From Stegostoma tigrinum (taxonomy: Eukaryota): a stretch of 64,000 nucleotides of DNA. Each line of letters opens with the position of its first letter. The first letter of the stretch is position 1. Of this stretch, positions 51,451-63,184 are shown piece after piece. Location of the stretch: assembly GCF_030684315.1 (NCBI RefSeq), contig NC_081371.1, positions 17,851,440 through 17,915,439 on the forward strand, read 5' to 3'. Under the pieces are notes generated by a model. The model was not told where the DNA came from. It did no database searches and was given only the letters and a program-made list of their open reading frames with translations. The position numbers and the translations under genes are program-made.

Positions 51451-54400
51451 GTAGCAAAGATCAAGAGTCCAGAAGACTATATTACATACCCAGTGCAAGG
51501 GTTCAGGATATCTGCTGGAGAGGAACTTAGAGTGGGAAGGATCCAGTGGATAAGGATCATGTCAGTATCAAATACATATAAAGATAAGGAAAGAAATTCT
51601 GTTTATTCAGCTTGAGGAGCTAGGTACCTAATTAAGCTGCAGAAATCAAAGTTGATAAACTATTATTTCCCAAATAATGACCTAAGCCACACGCAAAAAC
51701 GATTACTGAAATGAACGCTGTGGCTCAAAGTCTGCAGTGAGAGAAATAGGTTCTGGTTTGTGTTGCACTGGCACAAGTACTAGGGAACTTTTTTGGCAGG
51801 GGGGTGTGGGCGCGATAGGCTATACCACTATGATGGCTTACATTACACTTCGCAAGGGCCACTGTTTTAGTCAGTTGCATGATGACAGAAGTAGCAAAGG
51901 TTTTAAACTAAATAGTGGTGATCGGGGATTATGCTTGGGAAGATATGGTAAATCAAAAGACGTAAATAAGTCGAGAGAGAACAACATTAGTATGGGAAAT
52001 AATATACAAATTTAAGAGTTAATCAGCGTATAAGGCTGAAAGTTTCAAGAATAATTAAAGGGCAAAACTACAGGTCCTTGGTTGCACGTAGCATTCGAAA
52101 CGAAACAGACTCCACTGCCAACTCAGTCTATCATAATCCTTTTTGCTGTAATCAGGTGATGTCCTGTACTTGCAGGTCTTATACTGTGCCAGGTCTCCTT
52201 TGGATGGTCCCCATCTTCTCCCAGCTGGTGTAACCTATTCAACTGTCATTTTGGTAGGGTAAACACAATCAGGAAACAAAATTCATTCCCTCTCGACTGC
52301 CTTTGATATAATGTCCTGTAGGTACCTTTGACCAGTTCACTGTAACACTTCTTCATTGGTGACGTTGCCTTTCAAAGTAATGCTCAGGAACATGCAGAGG
52401 GAATACTGATGAGAGGCATGCAACTTAGTGACACACTAACTTCTCTTGCATATCTCACAGATATAAACTATGGTTAATACTATTTTCGACATGTATTAAA
52501 GCACTGTAAAGTAATAACTTGGTACGTACTGACTCAGAAGAGTTAGATGTTGCTTAAATCAAATTCAACATCCTTCAGAAATGCCAACTCAAAAGTCTCA
52601 AATGCCACATTGTGAAAAGTGCTGCATAAAAGGCTACAAATTGATTTGTATTAATTTGGTACCAATCTTGAAATAGTAGCTAATTAAGCATAATAAATGT
52701 ACTTACAATATAGGGTTATCTCAAGCAATGAGTGTGAAGAAAGGTGAGCTAAACAGAATTACTTCAATCAAAATTGAGTAAAACAAGGATGAAATGGAAT
52801 GAAACATAGGTGACAAAGCATTTTTAAAAAAAAATACAAATTCTATGAATCAAAAGGATGAAAAAGATCCTGCATTTGCCAAATCTACAGATGAAGTTGA
52901 AAAAGACTCAAGTGTCTTAGTAGGTGCAACATATAAAACAATAGAATATCATGCTTTCTGCTTAAAAATATAGAACACAAATCAGTGGAATTCAGGACCA
53001 AAACTCAGAATGACCTATTCAAAGTTGTTGATGGTCACTGAGGCATGGGAGGCAGTCAAGCACTCAATGTAGAACAAAGCAATGGAGGTTGATCAGCGTC
53101 AAAAATATGGGTTGTCAGGAAACACTGCAAAAACTTAGGCAGCCAGGTCTCAAACGAAGGGCATTTGTAAGCAAGAGGCATATATATAATTGATGAAATA
53201 GAATGTATGTGGCTGGAATCATACATTGACTTAAATCATGAAAGGACAAAGAAAACAGTAATTTTTGTATGGATGAATCAAGTTTATTAAAACTGCTTCA
53301 CCATTACCTTATGATCTATTTCACTCGTATTATGTGCAGGTTGAAACCGACAATATTCAAACTCAATAGCTCATATTGGACCTTCTGCAAAAAAAAATTT
53401 GCTTACTTTCACCTCTCCAGTATGAACATCTTTGCTGTTTCTCCCCTTACTCCAATATGACAAGCAATGCTATGAAGGCATTTGCATTTCTTCTGAAGTA
53501 ACTGTCACCTCACTGTAATTGCTCTGAGGCCAGAAAAACTTGGGACAACTACAATTACATGTGCAAAGCATATTAAATTAGAGGCTAACTTATTAACATG
53601 ATTAAATATACCAAATATCATCTCACAGCAGGTTGGCTGTGTGTCTTTCGCCCCACCTACACACAATCCTTTTTTTTGCCTATTTACCCTAACCCTGATC
53701 CATAAATAAACCAAACTGCCCCCCCATGATAAAATACTCTCCAATGAGTCGATGACTCAATTGCCTTGCTGAAAGACGTTACCCTCCACTATGCAACATC
53801 TGATACAAATGGCAAGTGGACTGGAAATTATTGCATCTTTTTCCTGAGAAAACAAAGCTGGTCATAACTATGGATGAAAGTTCTTGAATCAGAACATCAA
53901 AGCCGGAAAAGTGTGGAATGTGCTTCAACATGGTGCAGTTGAAGTGATTTGCATGGATACTTTAACAGGAAAGGCATATTAGATATATACAAAGGAGAAC
54001 ATACTAGCAGGATATGCGGAAAGACTGACATGAAGTTAGTTGAGAGCAGGCTCATGAGAACCACACTGCTGAGAGAATTATTTCCATGCTGATAATTCAA
54101 TGTAAAATGAAGTTCAGTCTAAATAAAAGCCTTGTCCATACCATAATTTTAAGCTTTACTTTGTCTTCACTGGTCGCCCGTGCTTCCTGATGATGGTGAC
54201 ACTCAGTCAGCTTTTTGACACTACATTTAAAAATCCTTCCATGGCTGAATTCATCATTTTTCTATCACCTCCTCTTGCCAAGTGTTTAAAAAGTCCCTAA
54301 CTGCCCTCTTTTATTCTTACTTCATCACTGGAAAAACCTTCAATTTCTCTTGAACCCTCTCCTACATCTTCTATACCTGGTGACCACTTTCTCCAGTTTA

Positions 54401-55385
54401 AAGATCTCTTTGGATCCATTTTGTACTTCAACATACTTCGATTTGGGGAAAAAATATATTGCTCTTAGCTTGATTTAGAAAAAAGGTTGGACCAGTTTCA
54501 AATGGAGAACTTTGTTTTTTAGGAATGTTAGCCTTCAAACTCAAAATGCTGCCTATATGCCAGAAACAGGCACTACAAAACATTTCAAAGCTTCAAACAT
54601 GAAACTTAATCTATGCTTATCAAAATAGCATGCACTAAATGTACAGATAGTTGGTGTCCTTGCACATCACAAAACAAAAAATAACAGAACATATTCCCTC
54701 ATTAAAAATGTTGAATGTTCTCTCAATGATTCATAACCAACCTGTCGTATAATTTTCTAATCTTTTATGGCTGCGTCTCCCACAATTTTTTTATTTCTAG
54801 GTGTCTTGCTCAGCGTCCTATTCAAGTTGGGAACATCAATGCCAGTAGATTACTTGCTTCATTAAATCGAGAAATATATTTTACAAGGCACAATGATAAT
54901 TAAAGAACGGTTACAGCACGGACAATGGTCATTCAATAGTCAAGCCCATGCCGGTCCTCTGCAAACATAATTTAGCTTATCCTGCTCCCTGTCCAGGATA
55001 CTGGTTGTGGATGATCAGCCATGATCATAATGAATGGTGGTTCTGGCTCAAGGGGCTGAATGGCCTACTCCAGCACCTACCGTCTATTGTCTGTCGTTTT
55101 TCCGTTGTCATGCCACTATTCTTCCCACCAGGTGTTTATCCAATTCTCTTCTGAAAACCACAAATGAATCAGCCTCCACAGCCCTCCATGGTATATCAAA
55201 ATAGCTTACTGCAGGGTAATTTTTCTCATGTTGCCTTTCGTTCTTTTGCCAATGAAAAGAGTGAACAATAAATGCCAGCCCAGCCAGCAAAGCCCACATC
55301 CAATAAGGAGGGGGAAAAAAAAAGGCAATTTTAAAACATGAATACAGTTTAATTTCCAGAAATGGTATCATTGATAAAAATATTT

Positions 55386-55670
55386 GGTGGGTATGGTGGC
55401 TCGGCATTCAGTACTGCTGCCTCACAATGCTGTGGACCTGGGTTCGATTCCAGCCTTGGGTAACTGTGTGTATGGACTTCGCACGTTCTCCCCATAATTG
55501 CCACTTTCTTCAGTTTCCTCCCAAAGTCCAAAAATATGCACATTAAGTGGATTGGCCATGCTAAATTGCCCTATAGTCTCCAGGGATGAAAAAGTTAAAT
55601 TGATAAGCCATGTTAAATGCGGGTTTACAGGAAAAGGGTGGGAGACTGGGTCTGGGAGGGTTGCTCTTTG
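55386..55670 (+). mobile_element. HE1-like V-SINE (3' truncated)
   Basis: tggctcggc A-box-like and gggttcgattcc B box; V-domain core. Confidence 0.85.
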
Positions 55671-56169
55671 GATAAATAAATATCTTACATGCGTATGCAC
55701 ATCCAGGCAACAGACTGGATATCTGGAGACAATTTTGCAAAACACTTGTCTTAACAGAACATTGAAAGTACCTTAACTTTTGAAAAAGAATACTCTAAGT
55801 AAACAAATGTAGGCTCCAGTTGCGGCACCTATGAGATACAAGTTGTGATGTTCTTCTGACCTTTTTTTGCTATTTTCGTTGCTTTTCTTCAAACTGTTTT
55901 AAATGGTAACTTAAAATCAGTTAAAATTTATAAGACTTTTTAAATCAAACATTCTGCCCTCCCCATAACCAAAACATTTTTGCCCCCCCCAACACCAGTG
56001 TTTCCATCATCAAACCTGCCCTGAAGTATGAGCTAAACCTGTCAGATTTTCCATCCGCCCAACCAACCACGTCCTCCCACCACGCGCACCCCTCCCCCCG
56101 CCCCACCCCCAACTTCGAATTTAGGTTTTACTCCTGTGGCTTTTATTATCCCACCATTTGATCCTAACT

Positions 56170-56520
56170 TAGAACTTCACAGAATATCTACCATGTGGAA
56201 ACAGGCCATTTAGCCCGACAAGTCCACACTGCCCCGAGGATCATCCTACCCAGACGCATCCCCTCCTATCCTTTCCTGTAACCCTAAATTTCCCATGGCT
56301 AATCCACCTCATTTACACACCCCTGGACACCATGGACAATTTAGCATGGCCAATCCACCTAAGCCACACATTTCTGGACTGTAGGAGGAAATCAGAGCAC
56401 CTAGTGAAAACCCACCTCATGGAAAGACACAGGGAGAAGGTGCACACTTCACAACTTCCACCCAAGGGTGGAAATGGAACCTGGTTCAGTGAAGCAGCAA
56501 TCTCCAACTGTTGTTTTTCT
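56170..56520 (-). mobile_element. HE1-like V-SINE
   Basis: Reverse complement of the SINE core and CR1-derived tail. Confidence 0.8.
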
Positions 56521-57763
56521 ACCCCGAGTATCTATTTTCCAGACTCCTGCTTGAGCCAGTTTTTGCTTCATCTGCCCACATTGCTTATCCTGGCAACTCT
56601 AGGTTTCTTTTCATCGTTTAAATGTCTTTTTTATTGCCCTTGAATTTATCCTTGTGCTGACATTGCTGACTGTTTATCATTCCTTTCAGGAGCGTAGATT
56701 TTTGGGGTGAGAAACAGAGGGTTTGTGGAAGGAGGGGGGTGAGTGTGAGGGGGAGAGAAATTTGGGGGTGAGGGGGAAAAGAGCAATAGAATGGAGAAAT
56801 TTGAGCTGAAGACGGGCATACAGGGAGATTTTTTTTTAAAAAGTGTATGGAATGTTCAGAAATGTACATTTAATGGTACAAGGGAAAAGAATTCAGTGAA
56901 TTTCTCATGCAAACTACTTCAGGCCCATCTAACCTAACTTTTAAGAAAGTTGCACTAAAAAGTTAACATTCTAATCATCTTGCTAACCAAACCATCCCAG
57001 GACTTTATTCTGCTCCTCATGGACTCAACCTGATATGGCCTATGCTACTACTCTTGCATTCAGCTTTTCTTTCCAATTGTTAATTCATGGTGATGCTCTT
57101 TTTTCCCCATTTTTGCTCCTGTACTAGTCATGGTTTAGGAATCAGGTCACCTTCCCTGCGTTTTACTTAACTTCTTGCAGCACACATTGCTCCAAAATCT
57201 TCACTGCTTTCCTTTTTTTGGCCTGGAAAACTAATACCTTATAAAGTGCTTTCCAAAATAATTTTTATTACGTTTGAATAGCATCTACGATATTAAGTGC
57301 TACTTCCGTACTTATTCTTATGTTTTGAGTAACAATTCACCAATTAGGTGTCTGAGAAGTTATTTTTTCAAATCAGCTAGATCAGCTGCCATCCATCTGT
57401 ACAAACCTGTAGGCTTCTTGCATGGCAAATCCCTGTAGCAAGCTTCACATAAACGCAGCTAATAAAATTTTGGATAAAGCTGACAAAAAATAGTCAGCAT
57501 TTTAAAGCAAACAACTACATTTTCTCAACTTGTTCTGTCATTTCTCTTTGATTAAAAAAAACTGCATTGTATCAAGGTACCTATACATTAAAACAAAAAG
57601 GAAAGATTTGCATCTCTCCCACAATTTCAGAATGCTCCAAAGTATAACCAGATGTACTTTCTTTTGAAGTGCAGTCATTGTAGGAAAACGGTATCCAACT
57701 TGTAGACAGCAATGTCTATCAAAAGCATTGTCACAATAATAAATAGTCAGTTTCTGGTGTTAG

Positions 57764-57969
57764 ATAACAAAGTGTGGAGCTGGATGAACACAGCAGGCCA
57801 AACAGCATCTTAGGAGCATTAAAGCTGACGGTTCGGGCCTTGAAGGGTCAAGGCCCGAAACGTCAGCTTTTGTGCTCCTAAGATGCTGCTTGGCCTGCTG
57901 TGTTCATTCAGCTCCACACTTTGTTATCTCGGATTCTCCAGCATCTGCAGTTCCCATTATCTCTTATCA
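57764..57969 (+). mobile_element. Short palindromic PLE-end insertion inside a Deu-SINE
   Basis: Imperfect TSD CAGTTTCTGGTGTTAG (57748-57763) / CAGTCTCTGATGTTAG (57970-57985); arms meet inside hammerhead stem II. Confidence 0.9.
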
Positions 57970-59321
57970 CAGTCTCTGATGTTAGCTGAGAGTTAAATAT
58001 TGACAGGATAAAGGATGAGCTGCCATGCTGTTCTTCAAATTACTGCCACAGGATCTCTGTCCAGCTGAGGGGCATGGCTAGAAATATCATCTGAAAGACC
58101 ACATTTTTAAGCAGTGCAGGATTCCTTCAGTACTACATGAGAGTTTCAGCCTAGGTTGTGTGCTCAAGTCAGTACTCCAAAATTTGTATTTTCCTCTGAA
58201 TCAATGGACACATAACATTTTAGAATTAGCATGTTTATTACTTTATGATTCATAATTACTTGAAGGCTGAAGTTTTTAATTTGAAAGAAGGTAGTGTGAT
58301 CAAAGGACACGTTTCTTTTGAAAATATAAATTCTTGGGATTATGGTCATCTTAATGAGGCCAGTATTTACTAGTCATCCTTTAAGCCTTTGAACAACTTC
58401 AGTCCATTTGGTGAATTCACTTTCACAATACTGTTTGGTAGGACATTTCAAGAGCTTTTCCTAGTGATAGGAAGGGGACAGATGTGTCACCAAATTAGAA
58501 TAATAAGCAACTTTAAGGTCATGGCACTTCTACAAACCTGATGCTTTGTCTTTTTAAGATGCAGAAATTGCAAGTTTAGGAAGTGCTCCCAAGGTATCCT
58601 AGGGTGATTTACTGCAATTTATCATGTTTGGGACATCAGCGATTGACAGATGAAAGAAATATTTAAGTTCATAGATGGGAGGAGGCATGATTAAATTAAC
58701 TCTTCTGTTCTTGATATCAAGCTCCGAAGACTGCTGGTACAACTTCGCTTATCCAGCTAGGTGAAGAGCGCTCCATCACATTCATATCTTCTGTGCTTTA
58801 CATAGTGGAAAGGGTTGGCAGAGTCAGTGAGTTGGGAGGTGAGTCACTCAGTATTTGGCCTGTTCCAGTAGTCACAGTATTTATGCGGTTGGTCTATTGA
58901 GTTCCTTAACAGTGGTGACATCCTGGATGCTGATTATGTGCAATTCAAAGATGGAAAAGCAATGAACATCAATTCTGTTAGTTAAGCTCCCACTCATTGG
59001 AGGTGGTCTTTGCCTGGAACTTAGTGTACATATTGGTTGCCATTTATCAGTCAAGCTTGGAAGTAGTCCAGACATTGTTGCATGCAAGCATGTATTCCTT
59101 CATTATCTAAAGAATTGCAAATAATCTGAAATCGGTACGATTGCCAGTGAATAAGCTACACTAATGGAGAAAAGTAATTGACAATGAAAAACTGAAGACA
59201 GTTGGACTTAGGATGCAGTCCTGAAGAATCCTGCAGCAAATGATTGAATTTGCCTCTCATTTATGTTTAGATCAAAGCTGTAATAAGTTCTGGAGTCAAG
59301 GGGCACTGTGGGGTCCAAAAT

Positions 59322-59375
59322 GAGCAACAGTGAGCAGGTTATTGAAAAGAGCAACAGTGAGCAGGTTATTGAAAA
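59322..59375 (+). repeat. Perfect 27-bp tandem duplication
   Basis: GAGCAACAGTGAGCAGGTTATTGAAAA x2. Confidence 0.95.
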
Positions 59376-60572
59376 CGACGTGCTCCAAGATGGAACACAT
59401 CATCAGCAATTCTACCACTTTGCTGATACTGAAAATAAAGAGAAATTGGTTGTGTTGGATTCGACCTGATTTTTGAGAAGAGGATATTCCTGAGCAATCT
59501 TCTATATTTGTCAACAAACGACAGTATTACAGTTGTGCTAAAATAGTTTGGGTTTTCATTCTTTCCAGTCCTTGTTCACTCTACTGCTTCTTCTATTATA
59601 AATTGATCAACAACATCTTCCTGTATGTGAGGTGTGTTCTATAAATATGGCTGCTGTGATATTTCTCAGATAATCTGTGGTAATACTTTAAAATAAAGTT
59701 TAAAAAATAATATTGGACACTTTCTCCCAAATCACTGTTTACAGTCTTGTGCCAGGAGACTGTCAAGTCTTTAGAATGATGTGGCAAGTTATGTTCTGCT
59801 GGATTCTAAGGTAAGTAATTAGCTTGGCTGCAGCTTCAGCGAAAATGTTTTCCTACAGTTCAAAAGGTGTGTTATTACATCATCATTTCTGTCAGTTTAT
59901 TTTCTCTGTCACAGAATTCCGGAACTGTGCATTTATAGATGCTATCTCCTAAAAGCAAATGCAGAAGAAAAACTTCTGTCACGCTGCAACAGTGCTGCAT
60001 CATTAGGACAACATGAAATGGACTAGTAAAATATACATGACAACTTTCATTTTGTTCCTTATCTCTTGCATGATAATACAGTTTAGATATGAATAAATAA
60101 CTTTCTAAAATGCATTTATAATACCTTTGAAAAGAAGATGAAATTATTCAATTATCCATCCAGTTGAAACTTGAAAGGCTGAAGAATGAATGTGCCAATT
60201 GATAATTAACAAAGGCTTCATGGAATACCTGGCATATATTTACAAGAATTCTTTGAGGTGGTATCAAGCAGAACAGGCAAAGTGAAAGAAGTGCATAGAA
60301 CATATTCAGATTTTCAGAATGCGTTTAGGGTACCACACATTAGGCTACTCAATAAGCTAACAGCCCATGATGCTGGGCTGTTACATTTTAGGATGAATTG
60401 AGGATTGGTTAACTAATAGCACAGAAGTGGAATAAGGGGGACTTTTCAAGATAGCAGACTAGCTAGAGTACAACAGGGATCAACGCTGGATGAGGAATGC
60501 AAAAATGTACTACAGCCATGTTTGCGGATGATACAAAAAATGGGAGGGCAAGTGATGAGGGTGGCACAAAGA

Positions 60573-60645
60573 GGTTGCCGTGGAGTAATGGTGAGCACGC
60601 CGGTTTGTAACCGCTGGGGTCTGAGTTCAAGTCCCGGGGCAGCCT
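60573..60645 (+). pseudogene. 73-nt tRNA-like unit (tRNA-Gln-like D and T arms; non-canonical anticodon arm)
   Basis: GGTTGCC/GGCAGCC acceptor pairing, A box TGGAGTAATGG, B box GAGTTCAAGTCC; TGGAGTAATGGTGAGCAC resembles vertebrate tRNA-Gln (recalled). Confidence 0.7.
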
Positions 60646-60651
60646 ATTTCT

Positions 60652-60980
60652 GGGGCGGCACGGTGGCTCAGTGATTAGCACTGCAGCCTCACAGTGCTAG
60701 CGACCCGAGTTCGATTCCAGCCTCGGGTAACCGTCTGTGCGGAGTTTGCACATTCTCCCCGTGTCTGTGTAGGTTTCTTCCGGGTGCTCTGGTTTCCTCC
60801 CACAGTCCAAAGATGTGCAGGCTAGGTGGATCGGCCATGCTAAATTGCCTTTAGTGTTCAGGAGTGTGGGGGTTATAGGGGATGGGTCTGGGTGGGATGC
60901 TTCAAGAGGCGGTGTGGACTTGTTGGGCCGAAGGGCCTGTTTCCACACTGTAGGGAATCTAATCTAATCTAATCTAATCT
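60652..60980 (+). mobile_element. Full-length HE1-like V-SINE with (AATCT)n tail
   Basis: ggcacggtggctcagtg A box, gagttcgattcc B box, V-domain, CR1-like tail, five AATCT units. Confidence 0.93.
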
Positions 60981-62701
60981 AAAGAGTCTATAGAGGAATA
61001 AAGACAAGTTAAACAAGTGGGCAAAAAATTTGGCAAGTGGAAATATAATGTGGGGAACATGTGAGATCATGTACTTTGGCAGGAAAAATAAGGGAGCTGA
61101 ACTTTATTTAAATATAGAGAAAGACTATAGTAAGCTAAGAGGAGGATTTGTGGGCCCTTGTCCGTGGATCACAAAAAGCTAACACTTAAGTTCAATGAAT
61201 ACTAGGGAAGGCAAATGGAATGTTGGCCTTTACTTCAATGGGAATGAAGTATAAAAGTAGGATGTTGCACTAAAAATATATCAGGCACTAATCTAATTAC
61301 AGCTGGAATACTGTGAACAGTTTTGGGCCATTGTCTAAGGAAAGATACACTAGCAGTGAAAGCAGTCCAGAGGTGGTTTACCAGGCTGATATCAAATATG
61401 GAGGGACCGTCTGATAAGAAGTAGTTGAGTAAATTCTGTGCTCATTGGAATTCAAAAGAATGAGACATGACCTTACTGAAATGGAAAAAATTCGTAGAGG
61501 ACTTGGGAGGGTAGATGTTGCTTCCTTTCATGGGACAGCATGAGAGGGCATAATCTCCGAATAAGAGATCACATATTTGAGACAGAGAGAGAAGGAATTT
61601 ATTCTCTGAGAATCTATGGAATTCATTACAGCAAAGAGCTGGAGAGGCTGGATCATTAAATCTATTCAAGGCCAAGATAGATAAGATTTTTAATCAGTGT
61701 GGGAATCTAGGTTATGGGAAAAGGCTGGAAAGTGGAAATGAGAATTCTCAGATCAGACACGATCTCACTAAATGGCAGAACTGACTCAATGGGCTGAATG
61801 GGCTCCTACATCTGCTCTTAAACCTAAGGTCTTTTCTATCATAAGATGCTTTCTAAAGAAAAAATTGCCCTTTTAATAAACAACGTTTTCTTTACGTCAG
61901 TGCTGCAAACCCTTGCCAAGTTGAAAACTAATTGCTTGCTTTATAGTCTGTTTATTAACGTTTGATGGAAATTGGAGTTCTTTAATACTGGATGTTTCTG
62001 GCTAATGTAGCATGAGATCTCATTTAACTGTTACAGCAGTTACTTGCTTTCCCCAAACACAAACAACTTCTAATTAACAAGGATGGTGACAACAAGGAGC
62101 ACCAAGGTCAATATACTCCACAACTTGACAAACAACTATACAACACTATATTTATTCCATTATCAACAGATTACATAGGGAAAAAAACTGTTACTAAGAA
62201 AAAATTAAAATTAACCATCAGATGAAATTGGGTACGAGCAATTGTCCCATGTCCACTGGATAGAAAGATTCAAATGAGCGATTGACACAGGGTAAACTAC
62301 CAGCCACTGAAAAAAGGGGACATCAATCAACGCTCCTGACGAAAACTACATTGACCTTGAGCAATCATCTTCAGAATGAAGGCCAGAAGAGAACAAGGGA
62401 AGACCCAGGAAAAAGTTCCCTAACATACTGACTAGACAGCAGCATGATGTCTTTATAGTTTCAGAGATCAACACATTCCAAGGCAACTGCCATATCCTCT
62501 GGTATCCGTGGGCCTTACTCAACTTTACATATTGCATACTTTGTTAGATCTAATTAACTGAAGTCTCATATCTAAACTTCTGCTTCTTTACAAATTTAAT
62601 AAATTATCTGAAAATTTTCCAAAAACAATCGATTTCCTAAATTACCTAACAGCGGTCATGAACCTCCAAAATCTAAGAGTTTATTCCCTGATTGTATCTA
62701 C

Positions 62702-62959
62702 CTGTGAGCTTGACGTTTCGGGTACTCTCCTCCCAGTGGAGTTCAAATTGCTCCCTGCTAGTTTGTTTGTTGTTTGGAGGTTAACCGGGGCCATCTGTGG
62801 AGGATCCGTGCTTGCCACCTTCTGTCCATTAATATGTGCAGTCACCATGGTGATCGGATTCTTAGATGGCACCACTGAAATTGCTATGCTCTGGTTGGGT
62901 GCTTTGATGAGTGGAATAGGTTTGGTACTTCCAACAGGGCAACTTCTTAGAGCAAGCTT
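62702..62959 (-). CDS. PHF21B: PHF21B internal coding exon (86 codons, phase 0/0): KLALRSCPVGSTKPIPLIKAPNQSIAISVVPSKNPITMVTAHINGQKVASTDPPQMAPVNLQTTNKLAGSNLNSTGRRVPETSSSQ
   Basis: Polypyrimidine tract ttttttctttcag acceptor, CAG|gtagat donor, open frame of 258 nt. The peptide resembles the PHF21A segment ...[30 protein letters not shown] (recalled) and splices in frame to the 18119-18211 exon. Confidence 0.85.
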
Positions 62960-63184
62960 CTGAAAGAAAAAAAATTAACTTATCAAACATTGTATATTAA
63001 ACTGAAGAAAATTTAGAGACAACAAGTTGAATAACATAAATTTAATGCTTAAAACATACACATACTGGTTTAATAGTGAGATATTCTGTAAAATACTGAA
63101 CAAAATGATAACAACTCATTGCATGTGTTTGACCCAAAATAAATTAAGAGAACCTCACAAACACTACTCAAACAAATATTAATA

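Larger units (their letters stand above)
60170..61830 (+). mobile_element. Degenerate CR1 3' half hosting the composite SINE
   Basis: FADDTK, LEYCEQFW and 3' UTR remnants; reading continues across the 60574-60980 insertion. Confidence 0.85.

Noticed and set aside
55960-56830. C-rich and G-rich tracts as an inverted-repeat element or G-quadruplex switch
   Set aside because: Similarity is weak and low-complexity; cannot be supported by eye.
16711-57969. Palindromic elements as DNA-transposon MITEs or a CRISPR-like array
   Set aside because: Arms are identical to the 3' end of an RT/GIY-YIG element, ends are asymmetric (tail), TSDs are 14-16 bp, and there is no repeat-spacer array.
59322-59375. 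27-bp tandem duplication as a functional site
   Set aside because: Lies within a decayed LINE; ordinary slippage duplication.
60573-60645. Functional tRNA gene (apparent TGT anticodon)
   Set aside because: Mismatched T and anticodon stems, no Pol III terminator, and it lies inside a TSD-bounded insertion.
62641-62701. Alternative downstream donor (TTAG|gtaat near 62645)
   Set aside because: The extension contains an in-frame TAA (VDTIRE*), so it cannot be a coding variant; no other support.
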